A stretch of 64,000 bases of DNA from an uncultured Candidatus Poseidoniales archaeon (GCA_963934165.1 CAWVXH010000005.1:8910-72909); one strand, 5' to 3'. Positions 9,650 to 18,394 are shown, counted from the stretch's first letter. Notes: generated by a model from the letters alone, not told the origin. Made by a program: numbers and translations.

Positions 9650-10030
9650 CAAGACTCGCCCATCTTGAGGACTGCGGAAGCGCGAGGTCTTCGAATTTTA
9701 AGAAAAGCACTGCTGAGTCGAAAAAAGAGTGTGCCCCGGGATGTAACGGTTTCCTTCACAGCAATGCTCCGGCTCCTGACCCCACCCCAGGACGTATGTT
9801 GGACTGTGTGGTAGTCCCTAGAATCATCCCTTTTGGTCAACAGGGGACCTATCACAATCCTAGCCGCCCATTTTGCGCCAGTAGTCATTCCCGAGGGTCA
9901 CACTGGTCTTCGACGGACGGCAGGCCCAATTCTGTGGTACCGAGTGTCATCCTTCATCTTCCGGCATGGAGATTTCGTCGACGCGGAGTTGCCAGTTGGG
10001 CAACGCCGCCTCCCAAGTCCTCTCTATGAA
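9650..10030. ncRNA. candidate structured non-coding RNA, identity and strand unresolved (SRP-RNA-like motifs present; RNase P RNA rejected)
   Basis: G+C-rich island in an AT-rich genome. ORFs occur in several frames on both strands with non-protein-like translations.

Nested helices: 9667-9692 (GGAA tetraloop), 9801-9817, 9818-9863, 9983-10009.

Plus strand 9729-9747, GUGUGCCCCGGGAUGUAAC, resembles the SRP helix-5 3' strand. Minus strand 9869-9840, GGGCGGCUAGG..CCCCUGU, resembles an SRP Alu-domain 5' motif. Confidence 0.4.
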
Positions 10031-10088
10031 GGCATCGTTTGTCCAAAAACAGTAAATATGAATCAAAAATCATATTAGAAACCTTTCT

Positions 10089-12719
10089 TCAAAGATTAAT
10101 CGACAATAATTCGGGATGGAAACCAGTCTTTTTTGCTAATAATCTCTCACCGACCGCTGAATCTCCAATCAACGCCGATTCAGGACTAATATCGGGCCAG
10201 CGGTCAAGAGGTTGAGCTAACCATCCAACCAATGGATGGGTTCGTCCAGGTATTGGTGAACGATTCTCGACGACAGATTCTATTGCATCTAATAAATCCA
10301 ATAACGAATCTGCAGACACTGACAATCCTTCTCGCTGCCTCCTACCCCTTAATTGTCGAGCCAGAGAAGAATAGAGTTCTGAATCGCAACCCGGATGTTC
10401 GAACCCGCTCAGACCAGGTGCTTGGCTTGGCTCCCCTATTGGCCGAAGAATTACCGCTGACCAAGGCAGGGATTTTTCTATCAACCAATCAGTTGCGTCA
10501 TCAAATTCTAGAATATTCTTCAAAAATTCAGGGGCAACTGGAGCCCACCAGTCCTTCGGTAAATGCTCGACAACTCTTTCTAAATCATCCAAACTCAATG
10601 GCACGTCGTCCAACATCCTATCCACCAATTTTGACCAAAGGCGTAAATCGTGCCCCTCGAGTAGATTCTTGCTTGTAGACAAAATTCCTTGGAGAATTGG
10701 ACCAAAATCTATCGCTCTACCTCGCTTTGGTGAATACATCCACGATACACCCTCTAGAGCAGCCAACGAACGACTTGGAGGGTGAGTTAACCATGCTTCC
10801 ATTGCCCATTTGAGCAAATCCTCATGCATTTCAATTGGAATCCAAGGTGCATTTGCAAGGAATTGAGCAGCGACCCAAGCAGCACCCTTCGAAGCTGCTG
10901 ATGGATCAACAGCGGGTCGAATCCTTAATGCAATCTCAGGCTTTTCTCTTATTTTTCGTTGAATCTCTATAGAATAGTGATTCAATACCATCTCTGGGGC
11001 CTCATCGGCTAGTTCAGACAACCTCTCTAATGGTATAAAATCCAAATCGAATAAAATCATCCAATCGGCATCCAATCGAGTTCTCAATCTCTGCCATCGT
11101 GGCCATCTCGTCCCACGTGGTGATGCAATCCAAGCTGCGATTGGATATGCCGCCTCCATTTGGTTCGCCCAATCTTCGTTACCATTCGGATATTGGGCAA
11201 CAGCAGAATTAACCATCGAGAGATAGCCTGATTTGAGCTCCTGCGCCTCACAATCATATTTTTCAGATAGACCGACAATTTGCCATGGCGTAGGTGCAGT
11301 ACCAATCTTTTCATCCAAAATTGGAGTGGTTTGAGAAAGTTGATCGAGGAGACGAATTGGAATTGATAATCCAGTAGTCGAAGTGAGTTTCAACCAAGGA
11401 AGTGGGCGAAATGAGTCGATTTCAAGTACATCCATGGCCTCAAATTGCGATTTTTTTTGTTCTGAAATAATCAATCTTAATTTCGGATGAATAGAAATTG
11501 AAGAAAATACATCAGCAGGTAGCCCAGAATTCAACTCCAAAACTAATGGCGGTTTGTCCTCTTCTGCTAAAGACCATCTAATCAAAGATTCAACAGCTGA
11601 ATTTTCTATTCCTCTAGTTTCTAAAATTCTGATTCCGCTTTCGGCTTCTGTAAATGTTGAATTCCCCCAATCTCTTCTAAATCGTCTCCAAGTTGATTCA
11701 TCCGTTCGAATTTTTTTTGTAGAAACAATTCTATCACGAAGAGATTGAACGCGTTTTCGTCGCTCTGCTTCTGATAATCTTGGATGGGCACGTTGAATCC
11801 AAAAATCTAGTGCAGATAATGGGTATTCATCGCCTTCGGCATCAATGCCAGACAAATCGGCAATGACGAGAGAATTAATTCTAGCCGTCCTCAACAACAT
11901 CGATTTTGAAAGTCGGTCTGCTAAGATTGCACAAATCGGAACCTTAGGTCTGACATCTTGGGTTAATTCATGAACTGCTCCTAAAACCCAATCTCCTCTA
12001 TGATAGGAATTCTCAGGCAATGGGGGTGATTGGCCAGAACTTGGTGGATCAAACCAATGCCCTGGAGCTATCGCAATAGGCAAATCCGGTTGAACTAATT
12101 TCGCCCTGATAATGCCGATTACAGTCGGCGTTTCAACATAGGATTCGATTCTAGATGGATCAGAAGTAGGCGGTGCTGATTCCGATATTTCCCTCGATTC
12201 CAAATCGAACCAACGAGGTGAACGTTCACGAAGGATGGCCCAATTCCACCGAACCCCTTCATTTCCACTGGAATTAGTATCTTCATTCAATCTGACAGGA
12301 GGACGATTTGGAATCAAGACCATCGGCTCGAATAAAGACGAAGTTAAGCCGATTAAAACATTTTCACCATCTCGATCCAATAAACAGAATTTACCCTCTT
12401 CCCGAGGTAATGGTAACGCCTCAAGTGCCCTAGCCAATTCATCAGAGCGGATTACACCCCAACCTAACTCAGTTAGATGAAGCCTCCCCCCCCTACTACC
12501 GACAGCGGCATCACTAGAGACCAGTCCCTCGTTTCTCAGCCGTCTAAGCTCCGCTGATGCGTGAGGGACTTGTAAATTTACATCCCTTGCTAGAGCACTT
12601 ACCGTATCTCCACCGTCAGTTAATCGATTCAGAAGTCGACGACGGTGGCGACTACGTATTTTCATCGGAGCTGAAGCGATTTCTTGATTTGATTCGATAT
12701 CAGACTCGTTCGACACCAT
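10089..12719 (-). CDS. large orphan protein with an N-terminal winged-helix-turn-helix domain
   Basis: 876 aa. Residues about 25-95, RRLLNRLTDGGDTVSALARDVNLQVPHASAELRRLRNEGLVSSD..GGRLHLTELG, look like an ArsR/MarR-type wHTH. The remaining roughly 780 aa are Trp/Leu/Arg-rich with no Walker A, nuclease or other motif I recognise. Confidence 0.6.
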   Translation of the reverse strand: MVSNESDIESNQEIASAPMKIRSRHRRRLLNRLTDGGDTVSALARDVNLQVPHASAELRRLRNEGLVSSDAAVGSRGGRLHLTELGWGVIRSDELARALEALPLPREEGKFCLLDRDGENVLIGLTSSLFEPMVLIPNRPPVRLNEDTNSSGNEGVRWNWAILRERSPRWFDLESREISESAPPTSDPSRIESYVETPTVIGIIRAKLVQPDLPIAIAPGHWFDPPSSGQSPPLPENSYHRGDWVLGAVHELTQDVRPKVPICAILADRLSKSMLLRTARINSLVIADLSGIDAEGDEYPLSALDFWIQRAHPRLSEAERRKRVQSLRDRIVSTKKIRTDESTWRRFRRDWGNSTFTEAESGIRILETRGIENSAVESLIRWSLAEEDKPPLVLELNSGLPADVFSSISIHPKLRLIISEQKKSQFEAMDVLEIDSFRPLPWLKLTSTTGLSIPIRLLDQLSQTTPILDEKIGTAPTPWQIVGLSEKYDCEAQELKSGYLSMVNSAVAQYPNGNEDWANQMEAAYPIAAWIASPRGTRWPRWQRLRTRLDADWMILFDLDFIPLERLSELADEAPEMVLNHYSIEIQRKIREKPEIALRIRPAVDPSAASKGAAWVAAQFLANAPWIPIEMHEDLLKWAMEAWLTHPPSRSLAALEGVSWMYSPKRGRAIDFGPILQGILSTSKNLLEGHDLRLWSKLVDRMLDDVPLSLDDLERVVEHLPKDWWAPVAPEFLKNILEFDDATDWLIEKSLPWSAVILRPIGEPSQAPGLSGFEHPGCDSELYSSLARQLRGRRQREGLSVSADSLLDLLDAIESVVENRSPIPGRTHPLVGWLAQPLDRWPDISPESALIGDSAVGERLLAKKTGFHPELLSINL

Positions 12720-12819
12720 TCTGCACCCCCGAATTAATCTAGCATCCCCTCCTGTATTAAATTATCGTTTGAAGTTACATTTCATTACACATTTCTTATG
12801 CAAAAATTAACACTTTCAT

Positions 12820-12844
12820 TTCCGCACCACTCAAAGGTGTGGAA
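12820..12844. promoter_or_regulatory. imperfect palindrome (candidate operator) in the divergent intergenic region
   Basis: TTCCGCACC-N7-GGTGTGGAA with one arm mismatch. It lies between the divergently oriented 876-aa wHTH gene and the small wHTH paralogue pair. Confidence 0.25.
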
Positions 12845-12974
12845 AATACACTTAATTATACAACAATATGTAACTAATTGAGTCAAAGAGTTGCAGAATG
12901 GTTATATTACCCCCCGCCGTCCTGTGGTCATCGGACCGGTTTCCGCGCTCGATTACTTACAGAGGACAAGAAAA

Positions 12975-13247
12975 ATGAACGCGGGATCAATACGAACCCT
13001 ACTCAGAAAATACCTCGCAGAGCGACCGCGGAACACAACTGAGATTAGCCAGTGGATTAACCTCCGGGATGGAACTAATCCTATTGATTTTGATCTTGCA
13101 AAGATGCTTGAATCAGACGCTTCGATCGTTCGTATCGGCCGCGTCAGAAAAAGCGGCATGATAGAACATGAATCACCACTTTCGGAATGGGCGACCGAAG
13201 AGTGGGTAGCTCATCATGAGCGAAACCAGTCTGTAAAAAAGGAGTGA
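12975..13247 (+). CDS. small wHTH-like protein, paralogue 1
   Basis: The track ORF begins at TTG 12891. ATG 12975 is preceded by GAGGA and gives 90 aa, matching its 86-aa paralogue. Shared pattern: R..L+K.L......NTTEI...+N..(9-12)..L...L..D..I.+IG. Confidence 0.5.
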   Translation: MNAGSIRTLLRKYLAERPRNTTEISQWINLRDGTNPIDFDLAKMLESDASIVRIGRVRKSGMIEHESPLSEWATEEWVAHHERNQSVKKE

Positions 13248-13504
13248 TGAAAGTGAGAACAACAAGACTACGACAGAAAATAAAGAAGTTCCTCGATGTA
13301 AGAGGAGAGGCAAATACCACTGAAATTCTTGAGCATGTCAACTCAACGATGCGACACGGCACAACCCCACAACAACTAGGGAATGTGCTCTCAAAAGATA
13401 AAGACATCATGAAGATTGGGAATACCAAGCGTGGAGGTGCACTTTCTGGCCGATACGAGATTTGCGTCTGGCAACTTCGACCTGGTGCTCTTGACGAAAA
13501 TTGA
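13244..13504 (+). CDS. small wHTH-like protein, paralogue 2
   Basis: 86 aa. Its start overlaps the stop of paralogue 1 (ATGA, 13244-13247). Sequence: TRLRQKIKKFLDVRGEANTTEILEHVN..QQLGNVLSKDKDIMKIGN. Confidence 0.5.
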   Translation: MMKVRTTRLRQKIKKFLDVRGEANTTEILEHVNSTMRHGTTPQQLGNVLSKDKDIMKIGNTKRGGALSGRYEICVWQLRPGALDEN

Positions 13505-13607
13505 TTTGTTTTCAACAAACATCAACTAAAGCAAAACCTCGATGAGGAACACTCCCCTCATTGCAGTTGAATTCCCTGAATTTATCAAAAAATCAAAATA
13601 GAAATAA
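13505..13607. terminator. convergent intergenic region with oligo-T tracts on both sense strands and a hairpin
   Basis: TTTGTTTT follows the + stop directly. The minus sense reads TTTTGATTTTTT after the aldolase stop. Hairpin ATGAGG-N8-CCTCAT at 13542-13561. Confidence 0.3.
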
Positions 13608-14627
13608 TTAGTTTTCAAGATCTACAGACCAATTACCACTGCGCGCTAAACTATTCATTTTCGCACGGTGATTGAAAACTTCTTGACTTCGTTGGGCCGA
13701 ATTTCCATGATCACCCGCCCAAGAATTAAGTGCGTTCGCAAGAAGAGCTCTGCCGTATGAATACGATAGTTGCCATGGGTGCTCTATATCCATAGAGTTC
13801 ATCAAATTCAGATGAGCAGTTGCATCTTCATCTGATTGACCGCCTGAGAGAAATACTACCCCAGCTAAATTATGAGGCACATTAGCAGTCAAGCAATCAA
13901 CAGTCATCATTGCCACCTCTTCCCTAGATATTTGTTCTGCACAATCATTGCCTGCGATAATCATATTCGGTTTGAGTAATGCGCCGGGTAAATGAACTCC
14001 CTGAATTGAGCAAGCGATGAACGTCGCCTCTAGTATTTCTGCTGAAACATCGTAGCAACGCTGTGCATTATGATCTCCAGACATCAAAACTTCCGGCTCA
14101 ATAATCGGGACTAGACCTTGTTCCTGGCAGATTGCAGCATATCTTGCGAGTGCATGCGCATTTGTCGAAATGTTCGCAGCGCTCGGCAAACCTTCTCCGA
14201 TTGCGATTACAGCCCGCCATTTTGCGAAACGAGCGCCCATAGAGAAATATTCAGCACACCTCTCGCGCAATCCATCTAATCCTTCCGTGACCATCTCACC
14301 ATCATGATGCGCGAGTTCTTTCGCGCCAGTGTCCACCTTTATTCCTGGATGAACACCACGAGCGGCGAGAGCTGCTGGCACAGATGTGCCGTCAGCCATT
14401 TTTTGTCGAATCGTCTCATCGAAGAGAATAACTCCACTAATTGCCGATTCGTAGCCATTCGACTCGAATAAATTAGTTCGATATGCACGCCGAGCTTCAC
14501 TCGATGGATCAATTCCTACCGCATAAAGTCTACTCGACATCGTGCCATTACTCTCATCAGCAGCAAGAATTCCTTTGCCAGCAGAGACGAGTTCGCTCGC
14601 GGTTTTTTCAAGAAGTGCAGTGTCCAT
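13608..14627 (-). CDS. fba: fructose-bisphosphate aldolase, class I (Glycolytic family, eukaryote/bacterial type)
   Basis: 339 aa. Motifs GKGILAADESNGTMSSRL, LFDETIRQ, IKVDTG and LSGGQS, characteristic of PF00274-type class I aldolases. Confidence 0.88.
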   Translation of the reverse strand: MDTALLEKTASELVSAGKGILAADESNGTMSSRLYAVGIDPSSEARRAYRTNLFESNGYESAISGVILFDETIRQKMADGTSVPAALAARGVHPGIKVDTGAKELAHHDGEMVTEGLDGLRERCAEYFSMGARFAKWRAVIAIGEGLPSAANISTNAHALARYAAICQEQGLVPIIEPEVLMSGDHNAQRCYDVSAEILEATFIACSIQGVHLPGALLKPNMIIAGNDCAEQISREEVAMMTVDCLTANVPHNLAGVVFLSGGQSDEDATAHLNLMNSMDIEHPWQLSYSYGRALLANALNSWAGDHGNSAQRSQEVFNHRAKMNSLARSGNWSVDLEN

Positions 14628-14701
14628 ATCAGAACCTCAGCCTCACGTAGGGACTAACAGAAATGAAGGCATCGCCGAACTATTCCGTAGTAATAGCACA
14701 T

Positions 14702-15649
14702 TCATCGAATGTTAGAAACGAATTTATGAATGCCATTCGCCACATCGATAACTTCTGATTCAACCGAATATCGCCCATCTTCTAACAATTCTACTCCTTT
14801 ACTTCGACCGTCACAAACACCCGTTCCGATGAAAATCGCATCAGGGGAAGAACAGAGGTCATCTCGGCGCCATAATCTCTCAATATCACCGTCTATCATT
14901 TGCTCGGCGCGTTCTCGGTGGCCGGCATTTTTGAAGACAAGACGCCCCTCGAATGGAGCGCCGAGGCCACGAAGAGCAGTTGCAGTGATTACGCCTTCTG
15001 GGGCGGCGCCAATTCCCATCAGCATGTCAATTTCCGAATTAGGGTCGGCAGCATTTAGCGCTGCCGAAACATCCCCATCACCGATAAGCACGACATTGAC
15101 TGAAAGGTCACGTAGCTCCTTGATCAATATCTCGTGACGAGGTCGATCCATGACGACAACATTCAATTCGCTCGCAGATTTATCAAGTCCATCAGAGGCA
15201 GCTTCGATATTGTAAGCGGTCGGCTCATCTAGTGAAATGTTTCCCAATAATTCAGCGGATCCAGATATTTTGTTCATGTAACAATCTGGAGCATGTAGAA
15301 GGTTTCCTCGGGGAGCAGCAGCCAGAACTGCCATCGCGTTTGGCAAATCATATGCAACGTGATTTGTACATTCAAGAGGGTCGACTGCGATATCGATTGA
15401 AGGGGCATTCGAATCATTCTGTAGGGAGCCAAGAGGCTCACCAATCCAAAGCATCGGTGCATCGTCGCGCTCACCTTCACCGATTGCGACTCGCCCATCG
15501 AAAGGGATAGTATCGAAAACTGTGCGCATGGCTTCGACTGCAGCGCCATCAGCGGCTTTGCCATCGCCTTTACCTCGCCAAGCTGCTGCTGCAACAGCGG
15601 CCGCTTCACACGCTTCGAGGAAGTATTGTTCCAAATCAGCTGTTGCCAT
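14702..15649 (-). CDS. glpX: fructose-1,6-bisphosphatase class II (GlpX type)
   Basis: 315 aa. Motifs AAVAAAAWRGKGDGKAADGAAVEAMR, VAIGEGERDDAPML, DPLECT and IGAAPEGV, matching the GlpX layout. Confidence 0.88.
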   Translation of the reverse strand: MATADLEQYFLEACEAAAVAAAAWRGKGDGKAADGAAVEAMRTVFDTIPFDGRVAIGEGERDDAPMLWIGEPLGSLQNDSNAPSIDIAVDPLECTNHVAYDLPNAMAVLAAAPRGNLLHAPDCYMNKISGSAELLGNISLDEPTAYNIEAASDGLDKSASELNVVVMDRPRHEILIKELRDLSVNVVLIGDGDVSAALNAADPNSEIDMLMGIGAAPEGVITATALRGLGAPFEGRLVFKNAGHRERAEQMIDGDIERLWRRDDLCSSPDAIFIGTGVCDGRSKGVELLEDGRYSVESEVIDVANGIHKFVSNIR

Positions 15650-15721
15650 GAAGCGGCCGAGATGTAATCAGCATTCAATCATACGGGTGATTAGAGTTCA
15701 ATGTAAGATTCAGAACCGGAG

Positions 15722-16195
15722 TTATTTTGACTCGCCTTTACTCTTCTTAATGACCCGAACATCCTCAATTTGAGAAGTTGGATATTGTCCATTTTCATCC
15801 TTCTCTATCGATTTTAACATATCCCAAGCACAGAGTAATCCTGCGTTAACACCACAAAGTGCCTCCATTTCAACACCTGTTGTCCAGTGAGTGCGGACAC
15901 TGACCGTGCAACGAACTCCATTCTCTTCGATCGCCCAATTAATAGTGCAACCTTCAATAGGAATTGGGTGACAGTGGGGAATCAATCGAGGTGTTTCTTT
16001 CACCGCTTGAATTGCGGCGATGGTTGACGCCTCACGGATATCTCCTTTTGGTGAGCGCCCATTTTCAACGACATCTATTCCTGCTTCGGAGAGAATAAGT
16101 AACCCCGTTGCAATAGCTTCACGCGCCACGACAGGTTTAGCACCAACATCGATAATTCCAGTCCACGATTTCTCCACCCTCTCACCTACCAACAA
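15722..16195 (-). CDS. moaC: cyclic pyranopterin monophosphate synthase MoaC
   Basis: 157 aa. TGVEMEALCGVNAGLLCAWDMLK is the MoaC signature region; KGDIREASTIAAIQAVK also present. Confidence 0.88.
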   Translation of the reverse strand: MLVGERVEKSWTGIIDVGAKPVVAREAIATGLLILSEAGIDVVENGRSPKGDIREASTIAAIQAVKETPRLIPHCHPIPIEGCTINWAIEENGVRCTVSVRTHWTTGVEMEALCGVNAGLLCAWDMLKSIEKDENGQYPTSQIEDVRVIKKSKGESK

Positions 16196-16242
16196 CCCCT
16201 CGAGGTCACCACCCCCTATTCAGATAAGCGGATTTCACACAT

Positions 16243-16557
16243 ATGGTCGAAAATAAACAGGAATCTGAAATAGTAGCCCAACATAGGCCATACATGTCTA
16301 AATCCTTCCGGGACCAAGCAACACCGGGGGAGGTACCTCAACTTTGGTCTGGTATCAATCATGATAGGCCGATTACCGATGGTCTGAAATTGCAGGTAAT
16401 CGATCATCTGTGCGTCGGATGTTCCTATTGTGAAATGGCTTGTCAAGATGATGCTTTGGAAGTAATTGGATTGTGTAAAGTAAACCATGAAAAATGCACA
16501 GATTGCTTGAGATGTCTTCTTTGGTGCCCGACTGGGGCGCTGGTCTACGAAAAATAA
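16243..16557 (+). CDS. 2x[4Fe-4S] ferredoxin-domain protein
   Basis: 104 aa with two CX2CX2CX3C motifs, CVGCSYCEMAC and CTDCLRCLLWCP. Sits 16 nt upstream of the flavoprotein gene. Confidence 0.75.
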   Translation: MVENKQESEIVAQHRPYMSKSFRDQATPGEVPQLWSGINHDRPITDGLKLQVIDHLCVGCSYCEMACQDDALEVIGLCKVNHEKCTDCLRCLLWCPTGALVYEK

Positions 16558-16573
16558 TCAATGAGGATTTGTA

Positions 16574-17929
16574 ATGGGTAAACCAAAGGCAATTGTAATC
16601 GGTTCAGGAGTTGGTGGCCTAGGTGCTGCTGCAAAATTAGCTCAAACCGGCCAATTCGAGGTCTCCGTTTACGAACGGCTATCATTTGCAGGGGGACGAT
16701 TCACACAGCACGACCACGATGGTTTTCAAATTCCAACCGGGGCAGTCCACATGATACCTCATGGCCTAAGGGGGCCTTTTGCCAAGTTGATGCTTGGAAA
16801 GAAAAGTGTTGGTGGATTAGATCTTGGACGACACGGAGTCGAATTTCTACCAACATCTGCCTATGCATGCCAAATAAAAAATAATAAAGTGATGAGCGCG
16901 AAATCTCCCCTAGGAATTATGAAATGGTTTCCTATAAAAAACACTCTAAATTTACCACGATTGTTGGCTACTCGCGCGAATAAGCCGTGGGGAGAGAGAG
17001 ACTTGAATAACGGCAAACTTTGGATGGAAAAACATTTCACAAATGATTTTATCGATTTCATGGACGCATTTTCAAACTTTGCCATAAGCCTGCGTTTCGA
17101 TCAAATGCCAGCATCGGCTGTAGTCAAAATAATGCAAAACGCATTTTGGAGTGGACGGCCTTGTGTTCCGAAATCAGGTTGTAAAGGAATAATAGATGGA
17201 TTGAGGAGTGATTTGAAAGAAAATGGGACTAGGGTGAAATTGTCTAATGAAGTTATGGAAATTTTACCAGGATATGCAGAGGAGTCGACAAAGAAACATC
17301 GTTTTTGCATCGGGATTCGCAGAAGAGGTCGAGAGGAAGCAAAGTGGATAGGAGCAGATTCAATCATCTACAATGGAGGTCATCCTAACTTACTAAAATC
17401 CCTCTCAGATGATTTCGAAATCGATAGTGAAATAACAAGTAAAATAGAAAATACACAAGCTGTGGGAGGAATAGGTTTCGTATTTTCCCTCGATGAAAAT
17501 ATCCCTCATCAAAATAGTGGCGTGACAATGATTCCTAATCTAGAGAGAGTTGGTGGTTACGTAATCCCAACCTTTACCGAACCAAGTTTGGCCCCGGAAG
17601 GGAAACACATGATGATAACTCACCAATTCGTGCCAGATAACAACATTCAATCAGAGATTGTGAAAGGTAGAGAAGACCTCTATGATTCAATCCCTTGGTT
17701 GGCTAATCACGGGGAGGAAATTGCCGTTCATTCCTATCACAGAAATTGGCCATGTAATCGGGCGCCGCAAGGTGCTGAATTACCCAGAGACATTGGTGTC
17801 GAAGGAATCCGGCTTGTCGGTGATGGAGTTAAGGGCCATGGATGGATGATGGTTGAAGGGGTTGCTTCTAGCGTAGATCCTGCAGTTAGAGAAGTCAGTC
17901 GATTGATGAAATCCGGTCAATTATCCTAA
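16574..17929 (+). CDS. FAD-dependent oxidoreductase, phytoene-desaturase (CrtI/COG1233)-like
   Basis: 451 aa. Dinucleotide fold KAIVIGSGVGGLGAAAKLAQTGQFEVSVYERLSFAGGR. Confidence 0.75.
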   Translation: MGKPKAIVIGSGVGGLGAAAKLAQTGQFEVSVYERLSFAGGRFTQHDHDGFQIPTGAVHMIPHGLRGPFAKLMLGKKSVGGLDLGRHGVEFLPTSAYACQIKNNKVMSAKSPLGIMKWFPIKNTLNLPRLLATRANKPWGERDLNNGKLWMEKHFTNDFIDFMDAFSNFAISLRFDQMPASAVVKIMQNAFWSGRPCVPKSGCKGIIDGLRSDLKENGTRVKLSNEVMEILPGYAEESTKKHRFCIGIRRRGREEAKWIGADSIIYNGGHPNLLKSLSDDFEIDSEITSKIENTQAVGGIGFVFSLDENIPHQNSGVTMIPNLERVGGYVIPTFTEPSLAPEGKHMMITHQFVPDNNIQSEIVKGREDLYDSIPWLANHGEEIAVHSYHRNWPCNRAPQGAELPRDIGVEGIRLVGDGVKGHGWMMVEGVASSVDPAVREVSRLMKSGQLS

Positions 17930-18394
17930 ACCTGATTTCCAAATCTCACCATCTGACCGAACTTCTTTTTTCCATAATGGTGCTTGAGCTTTTAATTCAG
18001 AAATAAGCCAAGAACAAGCTTCGAACCCTTCAGCTCGATGAGGGCTGCCAACATGAATACAAACGATTGGCTCGCTAGGCTCAACAACACCGATTCTGTG
18101 AGCGATTACAATCGATGACACACCAAATCGTTCTGCTGCGATTTCAGAAATTTCTCGAAGAACGATCGATAATTTCTCCTCCCATGCATCAAATACGAGG
18201 CGTTCTACCTCAATCCCATCATCCTCACCCCTAGTATGGCCGACAAAGGAAACTACGCTACCACAGCCATCCAAATTTACCAGGTTGCGTAAAAGTGCTG
18301 GGTCGAGGTCAGTAGAGAGGACTTCGACGGCGATGCTGGTCATGATTCGGCTAACCCAGCATCGCCCTTCAATGCCACGGGGCTGAGGAACCAT
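17921..18394 (-). CDS. moaE: molybdopterin synthase catalytic subunit MoaE
   Basis: Motifs VSFVGHTRGE, VIAHRIGVVEPSEPIVCIHVGSPHRAEGFEACSWLISELKAQAPLWKKE. ATG 18343 (140 aa) is the more likely start. The 3' end overlaps the convergent flavoprotein gene by 9 nt. Confidence 0.85.
   Translation of the reverse strand: MVPQPRGIEGRCWVSRIMTSIAVEVLSTDLDPALLRNLVNLDGCGSVVSFVGHTRGEDDGIEVERLVFDAWEEKLSIVLREISEIAAERFGVSSIVIAHRIGVVEPSEPIVCIHVGSPHRAEGFEACSWLISELKAQAPLWKKEVRSDGEIWKSGLG

Noticed and set aside
9583-10078. ORFs 9583-10029 (+), 9620-9814 (+), 9646-9888 (-) and 9833-10078 (+) as protein-coding genes
   Set aside because: They overlap one another in several frames inside a G+C-rich island. The translations are Arg/Pro/Ser/Gly-rich with no motifs, and the first one runs antisense into the coaD-like gene. 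This is the typical appearance of a stop-poor structured RNA region.
9640-10088. RNase P RNA as the identity of the G+C-rich structured region
   Set aside because: Neither strand contains the near-universal CR-I GGAAAGUCC element. The CR-IV/CR-V-like strings I found (GAAUGACU, GCAAAAUGGGCGGCUAG on the minus strand) sit in the wrong positions relative to the ends of the region.
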